A DNA stretch of 64,000 nt from Ostreococcus lucimarinus (lineage: Eukaryota): assembly GCA_000092065.1 (NCBI GenBank), contig CP000589.1; one strand, given 5' to 3'. A program made the position numbers and the translations under genes. Below are positions 1-9,582 of the stretch, piece by piece. The notes below the pieces were generated by a model. It ran no database searches. It was not told the origin of the DNA and worked only from the letters and a program-made list of their open reading frames with translations. Within the stretch, counting starts at the first letter, position 1. The number at the start of each line of letters is the position of its first letter.

Positions 1-1
1 C

Positions 2-850
2 GAGGGAGGGGAGTACGAGGACGATTGGAAAAATTTGGCCGAGGCGCCAAAGTCGATGCAAAACGCGTTGTATGATTCCATGCAAGCCACGCAGTTTGGA
101 TTTCGACCGACGATGGGCGCGATGCCGTCGCTGGATTTACCCACATCGCTGCCTTCGTTACGCTATGCGGCGGACATCAGCTGGTCCGGGGCGACGAAGA
201 CGGCGGCCCCCATAGCGCCTTCGTCCACGGCGACGCCGCTACCTGACGTCGTCGTGACGCCCTCGGTGCTGGCGCCGCCGCCACCTTTGCCACCGACGCC
301 GCCACCACCGCCACCACTGCCTCGGGAAAATTTGCACGCGTCCGCGCCGCCGGCGCAGCTCCCACCGGGCGCGAACGTCGGCGACGGCGGGCGGAGCGCG
401 CTCATGGACGCGATTCGCAACAAGGACAACAAATCGAGGTTGCGCAAACGTGGGTCAGCGGCGCCGAGCGCGGACGCCGCACCGCCGCCACCTCGCGGCG
501 CGCCGATGGAGCCCGACTTACGAGGCGCGCTCATGGACGCTATTCGCGCGAAACCGATGCTGAAATCGTCGAGTCGCCCCGAGTTGAGCGACGGCGATCC
601 GCCCGCCGCGGCGCCGCCCGCGCCGCCGCGACAAATGTCCATGATGGAGGAGTTAGCGAACAGTTTAGGACGACGTCGCTCCGCCATCGTGGCATCCGGC
701 GACCACGACGTGCGCGAGAAGGTCATCGAGACGACGACCCAACGCCCGAGTGGCATCGTCGGCTTGGGCGATTTCATCAAGGCGAAGGAGAGTGCGACGA
801 ACTGCGACGAAGACCAAGACGACGACGTGAGCGATTGGGATAGCGACTAA
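2..850 (+). CDS. WASP-family-like actin nucleation-promoting factor, C-terminal part (proline-rich, 2x WH2, C helix, acidic Trp tail); 5' partial at window edge
   Basis: The frame of ORF 35..850 stays open back to nt 2, and the track start at 35 is TTG. There is a PPPPLPPTPPPPPPLP tract. WH2-like motifs are GRSALMDAIRNK..RLRK (389..451) and LRGALMDAIRAKPMLKS (518..568). A C-like helix MMEELANSLGRRRSAI lies at 632..691. The acidic end is DEDQDDDVSDWDSD (803..847). Confidence 0.6.
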   Translation, partial: EGGEYEDDWKNLAEAPKSMQNALYDSMQATQFGFRPTMGAMPSLDLPTSLPSLRYAADISWSGATKTAAPIAPSSTATPLPDVVVTPSVLAPPPPLPPTPPPPPPLPRENLHASAPPAQLPPGANVGDGGRSALMDAIRNKDNKSRLRKRGSAAPSADAAPPPPRGAPMEPDLRGALMDAIRAKPMLKSSSRPELSDGDPPAAAPPAPPRQMSMMEELANSLGRRRSAIVASGDHDVREKVIETTTQRPSGIVGLGDFIKAKESATNCDEDQDDDVSDWDSD

Positions 851-902
851 GAATATAGAACTAGACGCGCTAAGATGCTACCACCGCCCCTGATCGCGAC
901 GA

Positions 903-1646
903 TCAAAGCTTTGACCGCCGCGCGTTGAACGCGGCAAACTTTTCCCGCGCCACGGCTCTGTAATTCGCGAACGCGCGCCGCCGTTCCGCCGCGCGCGCCT
1001 CATCCACGCCCAGCCCATCGTGAATCGCGCGCTTAATCGCGCTCGCCCCTCCCGGCGCCATCTCGCACACCGCCATCGCCATCTCCATCGCCTTCGCCTT
1101 CGCCGACGCCGCGTCCTTCGTCGTCGCGCACGTCAACCCCAGCGCCTCCGCCCGCCTCGCGTCCATCGCTCGTCCGAACACCGAGCACGCCCGCGCCGCG
1201 TTCGCCCCGACGCTCCGACTCAGCTTCACGCTCAGTCCCCAGCTCGGTAAGATCCCGATCGTCGCGTGCGTGTCCACGAACCGCGCGTCCTCGCTCGCCA
1301 CCAACGCGTCGCACCCGAGCGCGAGCTCGAATCCCGCGTTCACGCAGTCCCCGTGCACCGCGCCCACGATCGGCGCCTCGCACGCCTCCATCGCCAGAAC
1401 CGGATCGCTCGCGACGTCCCGCTCGTCCATCGCGAACACCTCGCGCGCGGCGCGCAGATCGATTCCGCTGCAAAAGTGTCTCGACGCGCCGCTCCCGCAC
1501 AGCACGACGACGCGCGCGCCGTCGTCCCGCGCGAGCGCCCGCGCGAGCGCGCGCACCGCGTCCGCGCTCGCGAGCGCGTTCCCGCGCGCGGGATTATCGA
1601 TCGTGATCACGCGCACGCCGCGCGCGTCGAGCGTCACGTCGATCAT
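903..1646 (-). CDS. Enoyl-CoA hydratase/isomerase (crotonase) family protein with C-terminal PTS1 (SKL)
   Basis: Lies in ORF 903..2072. The crotonase-like sequence starts at an internal ATG (ORF residue 143): MIDVTLDARGVRVITIDNPARGNAL, FCSGIDL, GAVHGDCVNAGFELALGCD. The protein ends in SKL. I judged the 142 Arg-rich codons upstream to be non-coding. Confidence 0.8.
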   Translation of the reverse strand: MIDVTLDARGVRVITIDNPARGNALASADAVRALARALARDDGARVVVLCGSGASRHFCSGIDLRAAREVFAMDERDVASDPVLAMEACEAPIVGAVHGDCVNAGFELALGCDALVASEDARFVDTHATIGILPSWGLSVKLSRSVGANAARACSVFGRAMDARRAEALGLTCATTKDAASAKAKAMEMAMAVCEMAPGGASAIKRAIHDGLGVDEARAAERRRAFANYRAVAREKFAAFNARRSKL

Positions 1647-1816
1647 CGCGTCGCGTAGCTCGCGTCGCGCGCGCGTCGAAGTGCGCGACGCGTCGCTCGC
1701 GCGCGCCCGCGGCGCGTCCACTCCGATTCCAATTCCAATTCCAACGCGTTCGTTCGCGACGCCGCGCGACGCGTCGAGGCGACGTCTCGCGCGCTCGCCT
1801 CGCGTCGCGTCGCGCT

Positions 1817-2221
1817 CTACTCGGTCGCCTCGCCGCGTCGCGCGTCGTCGCCGAACGTCGGCGCGGGCGCTTTCGTCGTCGTCGCGCGTCGCGCGGCTTC
1901 GAATCGCGCCGTCGCGGCTTTCGCCGGATCGTACGTCGATCCGGGGAGCTTGTACCGCGGCTCGCCGTTCGGCGGCGGCGGCGTGCACGGCGTGATCATA
2001 TCGCACGTCACCTCGGCGCGCGCGGCGGACGCCGTCGCGAGCGTCGTCGCGAGGGCGACGGTGACGACGCATCCGACGATCGCGCGGTCGCGCGCGGCGT
2101 CGGCGTCGGCGTCGGCGGCGCGCGACGCGCGGGCGACGCGCGCGCGCGGCGTCGCGCGGCGCGCGCGCGCGGGCGTCGACGCGCGCGCGGCGGGGCGCGC
2201 GAGAGGCGCGCGGGCGAGCAT
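1817..2221 (-). CDS. Hypothetical small protein with a bipartite, thylakoid-lumen-like presequence
   Basis: Starts at an internal ATG (residue 91) of ORF 1817..2491. An Arg/Ala-rich leader is followed by a hydrophobic stretch IVGCVVTVALATTLATASAARA ending in an AxA-like site. The roughly 65-aa mature part contains CDMITPC. I recognise no family. It competes with the N-terminal extension of the crotonase ORF. Confidence 0.3.
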   Translation of the reverse strand: MLARAPLARPAARASTPARARRATPRARVARASRAADADADAARDRAIVGCVVTVALATTLATASAARAEVTCDMITPCTPPPPNGEPRYKLPGSTYDPAKAATARFEAARRATTTKAPAPTFGDDARRGEATE

Positions 2222-2289
2222 GGCGACGGCGCGATGGGCGTCGACGAGTGCCGCAACGGTCGCGACGACACTCGCGCGCGACGCGATCG

Positions 2290-3189
2290 ATGCGCGGCGA
2301 CGACGGCGACGGCGACGCGAACGAGGAGGACGAGGCACGACGCGCGGCGGAGTGCGACGCGCTTCGCGCGATCTACGGCGACGAGCGCGTCGTCGTCGCG
2401 ACGGTGGACGCGCGCGGGACGCGCGTCGTCGAGGTGTCGCTCCGGCGCGGCGCGTGGCGGTGTCGCGCGACGCTCGGTGAGAGATACCCATCGCGCGAAC
2501 CTCCGGACGTGCGGTTCGTGTGTTTGACGACGCGGGACGCGCGCGCGCGGGCGTGCGAGCGCGCGGCGGAGGCGGGGGTGGAGGACGCGTGGGAGGCGAC
2601 GGGGAGGGAGTGCTGCGTCTTCGCGCTCATCGAACGCGCGCGCGAACGCGTGGACGCGCTCGAGGACGGCGATCGGCGCGCGCGCGAGGACGAGGGTGCG
2701 GGTGCGGGTGCGGGTGACGTCGACGCGGCGCCGGCGGCGATCGCGGGGACGGCGGGGACGGCGGGCGCGGAGGACGACGCGAGACGGGCCGACGTGCGAT
2801 CGAGGTTGACGTCTCGCGAGCCCGTGGTGGAGAAGAAGAGCGTGTTTCAGGCGCACGTGTGCGTGGGGGTGAAAGACGTGAGTGAAGTGGCGATCGTGAT
2901 GGATATTTTGAACGAGTCGAGGAGGGTGCGAGCGGCGACGCATAATATTTTGGCGTATCGAGTGTCGAGGAACGACGCGTCGAAAACGTTTTACCAGGAT
3001 CACGACGACGACGGCGAGACCGCGGCGGGTGGGCGATTGCTTCGGTTGCTCGTGCTCGCAGACGCGCGAGACGTCGTCGTAGTCGTCTCGCGCTGGTACG
3101 GGGGGATCCATCTGGGACCGGCGAGATTTCACGTCATAAACGCGTGCGCCAAGGACGCTCTCGTGGCTCTAGGAGAGATTCATCAATAG
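2290..3189 (+). CDS. IMPACT-family protein (RWD-like N-half plus UPF0029/IMPACT core)
   Basis: The track start at 2248 is GTG and the first ATG is at 2290. The RWD-like part is ECDALRAIYGDE...PPDVRF. The IMPACT core includes KKSVFQAHV, HNILAYR, DDDGETAAGGRLL and VVVVSRWYGGIHLGPARF. Confidence 0.8.
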   Translation: MRGDDGDGDANEEDEARRAAECDALRAIYGDERVVVATVDARGTRVVEVSLRRGAWRCRATLGERYPSREPPDVRFVCLTTRDARARACERAAEAGVEDAWEATGRECCVFALIERARERVDALEDGDRRAREDEGAGAGAGDVDAAPAAIAGTAGTAGAEDDARRADVRSRLTSREPVVEKKSVFQAHVCVGVKDVSEVAIVMDILNESRRVRAATHNILAYRVSRNDASKTFYQDHDDDGETAAGGRLLRLLVLADARDVVVVVSRWYGGIHLGPARFHVINACAKDALVALGEIHQ

Positions 3190-3254
3190 CGCGTCGTAAG
3201 ACGTTGTAGCGGCTAGTACTAGTACACCAAGAGTAGATCTCTCGACGATTCATT

Positions 3255-3977
3255 CTACGTCGGCGCGTCGTTCGCGACGATGCGCGCCCAAAGCCTTCTC
3301 AACTCGCGTACCCCCAACGCCTCTAAATACTCGGCGTTGCGCTCGCGAATGTCCTCGCGTTCCTCCAGGCGATACCACGTGTCTTCCGCCCTTTCGATGT
3401 CGCACGCGCGGAGCAAGTGTACCGTCGGAAACGGACTCCTCGACGTGTAATTCGACGCCTCGCTCTCGCCGTCGAACGCGGCGAGCGGATGAAACGGCAC
3501 GACGGTCACCGTCTCGCCGCCCGTCGTCGCCTCGCACGCGTCCTCCGCCTCGCGCACCGGTCCGCGCATGAATCCTTCCCAGTCATCGTTCCATCCGTTT
3601 TCAAACACGATGAGCGTCGTCGCGCTCTCGTCTCGCGCGCACGCCGCCAGTCGCCGCGTCTCTCGCGCGAGGACGTCCCCGTAGCCGCCGCCGCCGCCGT
3701 CGCCGCGCACGACCTCGATCGCGAACGTCTTCGCCATCGACGCCCTCGCGAACGGACACAAATTCATGCCGATGATGACGTCGGTCAACCAGCGCGTCGT
3801 GGCGTCGCGCGCGTCGCGCGCGGCGGCGCCGTCCGACGAAGCTCTAACTGTCCTGACGCGCGTTCGCGCCGCTCGTCGCGCGCGCGAACGGCGCGCGCGC
3901 GCGAGCGGGGGCGACGCGCGCGACGACGACGCATCGCGCGACGCCGCGACGCGCGCGCGCGCGAGGAAACGGGACAT
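3255..3977 (-). CDS. DUF1415-family protein with organellar presequence-like N-terminus
   Basis: ATG checked at 3975..3977. The conserved core is WLTDVIIGMNLCPFA ... VVPFHPLAAF ... SPFPTVHLL. The N-terminal roughly 60 aa are Arg/Ala/Ser-rich. Confidence 0.65.
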   Translation of the reverse strand: MSRFLARARVAASRDASSSRASPPLARARRSRARRAARTRVRTVRASSDGAAARDARDATTRWLTDVIIGMNLCPFARASMAKTFAIEVVRGDGGGGGYGDVLARETRRLAACARDESATTLIVFENGWNDDWEGFMRGPVREAEDACEATTGGETVTVVPFHPLAAFDGESEASNYTSRSPFPTVHLLRACDIERAEDTWYRLEEREDIRERNAEYLEALGVRELRRLWARIVANDAPT

Positions 3978-4019
3978 GCGCGCCGATGTGTGTGGATTTA
4001 AAACGACGCGCGACGACGC

Positions 4020-6227
4020 TCAACTAAAAGCGCGTCGGAGCATGAACAAGTGCAAGACGATGAGATAGACGGAAAACGCCGTGCGAGTCGCCCTGCTCTT
4101 CATGAGCATCTTTCCGCTCGTCAAACCGATGCGATCGTGAATCGGAAGCGAGGACGCGGAGTCTTCGACCTCCCGCTCGCGAAACGCGGCGAAGGGGTTC
4201 AAGCGCGCCAGGTATCGACGGCGATACCGCTGGACGACGCCGCCGGCGTCGCCGCCGGGGATGTCTGACTCGGCGTTGACGCCACCGAAACAACCGTAAC
4301 GCGCGGCGCGGCGCCGCATGCCGTCGACCGCGGCTGCCGTACGTTCGCTTTCGATGTTGACCGTCACCGCGCCGCACGAATAACGCGCGTTCTTCGCGCT
4401 TTGCGACGGCGCCGTAGACGCCGCGACGGCGCCGTCGGTGACGGGTATGCCTTCCGCGTCGACGCGCAGGATTGTCGTCCGGCCACCCGACGACGCTAAT
4501 TGCTTGGAATAGTAATTTTGCACGTACTGAAGTTTTTCGAACAGCTGCACGCTGTCGGCTTCGAGCTTTGCCTTCGCGTCCTCGGCGGCGATTTTGTCCT
4601 GCTCGAGCCTAGCCGCGCGCTCGTCCAGTTCACCCACCCTACGCTTGAATCGATCGCGTTGAGATGTGAGGATCGTGAGCAAATCTGTCGACTCCGAGGA
4701 CGCCGCGTTCACTTTCATCGGAGACCCGTTCACGGCTCTATCCTCGATGATTTCCGAGAGTCGCGTCGCTAAATCGGTCTCGAGCGTCGCGACCATCTCC
4801 GCCGTTTCGGTGTACTTGCGCTCGGCACTCGCTTGCGCACCTCGTGCGATTTCAAGAGAAGTGGTCGCTTCTTCTGTTTCGCGCCTTGCTACCGTGAGTT
4901 CGGCGGCGAGCTTTTTGTTTCGCTCGCGCAACGATTGCATCGCCTCCGCGCCGCTCGCCGACGATTCGTCACCGCCCGCCGCGGCGTCGTCATCGCCGAC
5001 CTCCAGGCCACTGATTTCTTGCAACATCTTGACGCGATTCGTTAGTGTGGCTATTTCAGCCTTTAACTTTAACGTCGCCGACTCAGACGGTTGCGCCGTT
5101 TCGCGCGCTTTCAAAACCTCTTGTCTAAGCGCGACGATTTGCGCGTTCAGCGATTCCCGTTCGGCGGCGTGTTTTTCTTCAGACTCCTTCGCACGCGCCG
5201 CGTTCGATTCGACCTCCGCCGCGAGCTGAGACACCATGCGTTCCTTTACCGCGAGCTTCTCGGCGAGCCTGGACTCGGCGTGCTCGTCTCGACTCGTCGT
5301 CGCCCTTTCCGTAGCGCGCGCGGCTTCGACGTGCGCCTCCAACGCCTCCTCGCGACGACGCAATTCCTCACCCAAAGTCACCAACTCTTCTTTTTCCGCC
5401 GCGTTTCTCGCCTCGTTCGTCTCCATCGCGTTCTCAGCGTCGAATAATTTACTCGCCATCTCGTCGTATTGCTTCTGTAAAGCACCGAGCTTTTGTTCCG
5501 CCGCCGCTTTGCCTTGTCGCGCCGCATCCGCGCTCGATTCCGCCGCGCGCTTCTTCGCCTCCATCGTCTTCATCGCCTCGTCAATCTTCTCCTGCATTTT
5601 CTCTTTCATCGCACTCATCAAGCTCTCCGCGTTCGCCCCCGACGTGGACGCCGCGAACGACGCCTTTTTCGCCGCGTCCCGTTCCACGCGCGCCGCCTCC
5701 AGCTCGCGCCGACACGTCGCCATCGTCGACAACGCCTCCTCCGGCGCTCCGGCCACCAGCACCGCCCCGTCCCCGATGATCGCGCGCACGCACGCTAAGT
5801 CTTCCTCCCTGCACCGCGTCAACCGCTTCACCTCCTCGGTGAGCGCCAGCGTCGTCGCCTCGCCGTCGCTCGCCGCGCGCGTCAGCTTCTCCTTCAATCG
5901 CCGTTTCTCCTCCCGTTCCGCCGCCGCGCTCGCGTCGCACCGCGCCCGCGCGTCGCGCATCGCCCGTTGCACCTCGTTCCAGTTCAAATCTCTCCATTGA
6001 CGCGCCAGGCGCGACGCGTCGTCGTCGAACGTCGCCGATGTCGCGCTCGAGCGATCGTCGCTGAACAGCGATTCCGCCGCGCCGTCGATCGCGTCCAGCG
6101 CGCTCGTGATGGCGCTGTCGAAGTCCTCGAACGACGGCGCGTACGCCGCGAGCGACGGCGCGAGCGACGCCGACGCGGGCGCGGGCGCCGGTGGCGACGG
6201 CGACGGCGGTTCGGCGTCGTCAACCAT
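4020..6227 (-). CDS. CASP-like Golgi coiled-coil tethering protein (C-terminal TM anchor)
   Basis: Starts at an internal ATG (residue 81) of ORF 4020..6467. The sequence is long heptad-like and Glu/Ala/Lys-rich. The CASP_C-like end is LLTILTSQRDRFKRR..LFEKLQYVQNYY, followed by a terminal hydrophobic segment TAFSVYLIVLHLFML. The ORF-start ATG at 6467 is an alternative start. Confidence 0.7.
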   Translation of the reverse strand: MVDDAEPPSPSPPAPAPASASLAPSLAAYAPSFEDFDSAITSALDAIDGAAESLFSDDRSSATSATFDDDASRLARQWRDLNWNEVQRAMRDARARCDASAAAEREEKRRLKEKLTRAASDGEATTLALTEEVKRLTRCREEDLACVRAIIGDGAVLVAGAPEEALSTMATCRRELEAARVERDAAKKASFAASTSGANAESLMSAMKEKMQEKIDEAMKTMEAKKRAAESSADAARQGKAAAEQKLGALQKQYDEMASKLFDAENAMETNEARNAAEKEELVTLGEELRRREEALEAHVEAARATERATTSRDEHAESRLAEKLAVKERMVSQLAAEVESNAARAKESEEKHAAERESLNAQIVALRQEVLKARETAQPSESATLKLKAEIATLTNRVKMLQEISGLEVGDDDAAAGGDESSASGAEAMQSLRERNKKLAAELTVARRETEEATTSLEIARGAQASAERKYTETAEMVATLETDLATRLSEIIEDRAVNGSPMKVNAASSESTDLLTILTSQRDRFKRRVGELDERAARLEQDKIAAEDAKAKLEADSVQLFEKLQYVQNYYSKQLASSGGRTTILRVDAEGIPVTDGAVAASTAPSQSAKNARYSCGAVTVNIESERTAAAVDGMRRRAARYGCFGGVNAESDIPGGDAGGVVQRYRRRYLARLNPFAAFREREVEDSASSLPIHDRIGLTSGKMLMKSRATRTAFSVYLIVLHLFMLRRAFS

Positions 6228-6590
6228 GACGGGGCGTCGGCGCGCGCGTCGCGGTGTGGCGACGCGCGACGCGCGCGCGTCGCGTCGGCGCCGAGGCGCG
6301 TCGAAATGCCCTCCGGCGCCTCCCGGCGCGAAGGCGTCGGAATCGACGCGCGCGCGGTGGACGCGCGCGACGACGGCGTGGGAATCCAACCGACACTTCA
6401 CGACGCGCGGCTCGCGCGGCGCATGCGCGCGCGCGCGCCCTCGTCGACGGCCTCGATCGCGGCGCATCGAACGCGCACTACTACACCGGCGCCGACGCGC
6501 CGACGCGTCGCGAGACGCGCGGAAACGACGACGGCGCGCGCGGACGAGACGCGCGCGAGAGGTCGAGACGGTCGACGAGACGGCGGGATG

Positions 6591-9526
6591 ACGAGACGCG
6601 CGCCGAGCGTCGCGCGCGCGCGTCGACGCGGCGGCGGCGGTCTGTGCGGGCTGGGCGCGACGTCGTCCCGCGCGGTTTCGAAGGATTCCGTCATCTTCAC
6701 GTTCGAGCGCGGTCGCGCGGACGGTGCGCGCGCGCGTCGCGCGTCGGGAGCGAACGAGACCGCGCGAACGAGACTGCGCGCGCGTCGCGCGTCGGGAGCG
6801 AACGAGACTGACGCGCCGCGTTCGCAGGTTCCAAGGACATGAAAGAGCTGCTCGGTAGCAAGGGCAGCGGGTTGGCGGAGATGGCGAGATTAGGTTTGCG
6901 CGTTCCCGCGGGTTTCACCGTCTCGACGCGGTGCTGCGAGCGTTACGAGCAGTCGGGAATGGACTTCGTGCGTCGGGAGCTCTGGGAAGAAGTTTTGGAC
7001 GGCGTCGCGTTCATCGAGAAGACGACGAAGCGGACGGTGTTTCGATCCGGGTGCTCGTTGGTAGCCGCGCCGCCGCTGTTGCTGAGCGTTCGATCGGGCG
7101 CGGCGGCGAGCATGCCGGGGCAGATGGACACGGTGTTGAATCTCGGGATGAACGACGAGTGCGCGCAAGCGTGCGTGAACGCCGGGTTCGATGCGCGATG
7201 GGTCTACGATTCGTACCGCCGTTTGATCTCGATGTTCGGCGACGTCGTCGAACATCTTCCGAAACAAGATTTTGAACGCGCGCTCACGAAGGCGAAGGAA
7301 ACGAATAACGCTCGTTACGACACCGAACTCGACGCCGAGGCGCTGAAACTGCTTTGCGGGGAATTCAAAGACATCTACGCGAAGCACGGCAAAGTCTTCG
7401 AGCAGGACGCGATGAAACAGTTGGAACAGAGTGTCGTCGCGGTTCTTGAATCGTGGAACACGCCGCGCGCGGTCGAGTATCGCGAAATCAATCGCATCAC
7501 TGGTCTTCGCGGCACGGCGGTAAACGTACAGCAGATGGTTTTCGGGAACATCAACGACAATTCCGGCGCCGGCGTGTGCTTCACGCGCAATCCGGCTGAC
7601 GGCGCGGATGAGACGTACGGTGAGTACCTCGCGCAATCGCAAGGAGAAGACGTCGTCTCGGGCGTGCGGACACCGATGGGGCTGAAAGCTATGGCGGAAT
7701 CGCAACCGAAGGCGGCGGAAGAGCTCGAATCGGTGTGCGACGCGCTCGAGGACGATTTCAAAGACATGTTAGACATCGAGTTTACGATCGAAGATGGCGA
7801 GCTTTACATTTTGCAATGTCGTGTCGGCAAAAGAACGGGAACGGCGGGCGTGCGAATCGCAACGGAGATGTTTGCGGAGGGAATCATTTCAAAAGATGAA
7901 GCACTCATGAAAGTCAACGCGCAAAGTCTCGAGCAGGTTCTGCATCCAGTTTTTCTTCTCGACGCCGCGTCGCCGGATTACTCGTCGAAAATCGTCGCCA
8001 GCGGTTTACCCGCGTCTCCAGGCGCGGCCGTCGGTCGAATCGTGTTTTCTTCCAAGGAAGCGAAAGAGTACAAATCACAAGGGAAACCGTGCATTCTGGT
8101 GAGGGAAGAGACGAGCGCAGACGACATAGGAGGCATGTACGCGGCGGAAGGCATTTTGACCGCGCGGGGAGGGATGACATCGCACGCCGCCGTCGTCGCT
8201 CGGGGATGGGGCAAGCCGTGCGTGAGCGGATGTGGCGCCATCAGCTTTAAGAATGATCGCGAGATTCGCTTCGGGACGAGCGATCGCACGTATCGCGCCG
8301 GTCACACGATTTCCATCAACGGCGCGACCGGTGAGGTGATCGACGCAGAACTCGCGGTGGCGCCGAGCACGATTGACACTTTCTTACCTCTCAAGACTCT
8401 GATGCACTGGGCCGATGAGAAGCGCCGTGTTGAGATCCGAGCCAACGCGGACACGCCCGAGGACGCGGCGGCGGCGATTCGCAACGGCGCGAAGGGCATC
8501 GGATTGGTTCGCACAGAACACATGTTCTTCTCATCGACCGAACGCGTGCACGCAATTCGCGAGTTTATCATCGCGCAAGATGAGCAAGCGCAAAAGGTGG
8601 CGCTCGAAAAGTTGGAAAAGTTTCAGTACGAAGATTTCAAAGGAATTCTGAAATCTGCCGGGGGCTTTCCCGTGACGATGCGCTTGATCGATCCACCTCT
8701 TCACGAATTCTTGCCGTCCCGCGAAAAACTGCGCGAAGGAGCGGCGAACGAAATGTCCAAGTACATTCACGGAAAATCAGCGCACGACATCATCGAAATC
8801 GCGGAGAGCATGCGCGAGCACAACCCAATGCTTGGTTTCCGCGGCTGCCGATTAGGATGCGTCAAGCCTCGCATTACGCGCATGCAAGTCCACGCGTTTT
8901 GTCGAGCCGCGATCGATCTCATCGCCGAGGGCGTGCCCGTGGAACCTGAAATCATGGTCCCGCTCGTGAGCACAGTGGAGGAGTTTCACAACCAACGGGA
9001 TTTGATCTGGGATGTCATACGAGATCTCGGGCGCGAAAATCAGGCTCCGCCGATGCGCGTGCAAGTCGGCGCCATGATCGAAACTCCGCGAAGCGCGCTC
9101 ATCGCCGGCGAGCTCACGCGCGCAGGCGCCAGCTTCTTCTCTTTCGGCACAAATGATCTCACGCAAATGACGTACGGATTCTCCCGCGACGATAGCGACG
9201 CCTTCGTCAAGCCTTACAAAGACATGGGCATTCTCCAAAGCGACCCGTTCGAGATTCTGGACACCGTCGGCGTGCGCGAACTCATCTCCATCGCCGCCGA
9301 ACGCGCGCGCGCCGTGCGCCCGGACGTCGAGCTCGGGATATGTGGCGAGCACGGCGGTGATCCAAAGTCTTTAGTCACCATCGACGCGCTGGACTTGGAC
9401 TACGCCTCGTGTTCGCCGTCGCGCGTGCTCGTCGCGCGCCTCGCCGCCGCGCAAGCCGCCGTCGGCGGCGCGCCGTCCAAACAGCGAAAGCGCGCCGCGC
9501 GCTCGCACGCCTCCCCAGCCGCGTGA
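6591..9526 (+). CDS. PPDK: Pyruvate, phosphate dikinase; 2 exons: 6591..6723 and 6828..9526
   Basis: Exon 2 (ORF 6839..9526) carries GGMTSHAAVVARGWGKPCV (phospho-His loop), PLLLSVRSGAAASMPGQMDTVLNLG and GICGEHGGDP. The conserved N-terminal block is split: exon 1 ends ..VIFTFERGRAD-G and exon 2 resumes (G)SKDMKELLGSKGSGLAEM. The join is in frame (133+2699 nt = 944 codons). The start ATG at 6591 is the minimal choice, and an in-frame ATG at 6423 is an alternative. Confidence 0.9.
6724..6827 (+). other. Intron 1 of PPDK (104 nt, GT-AG, phase 1)
   Basis: The 5' end is GTGCGC at 6724. The branch box ACTGAC is at 6807..6812 and the 3' CAG ends at 6827. Splicing restores the conserved PPDK N-terminus. 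Confidence 0.85.
6725..6808 (+). repeat. Tandem duplication inside the PPDK intron
   Basis: tgcgcgcgcg(cg)tcgcgcgtcgggagcgaacgagac occurs at 6725..6760 and at 6775..6808. The sub-unit gcgaacgagac occurs three times. Confidence 0.85.
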
Positions 9527-9582
9527 TCCACCCTTACACTTTAGATTTTACGCTTTTACGACGCCATCACGTTTCTTCGTCC

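Noticed and set aside
5236-6000. A 254-aa Ser/Ala-rich ORF on the plus strand. Similar ORFs occur at 4666..5229 and 5967..6590.
   Set aside because: They are antisense to the well-supported CASP-like coiled-coil gene. Their low-complexity composition mirrors the Glu/Ala/Arg codons of the real gene. They are an open-frame artefact of the high GC content.
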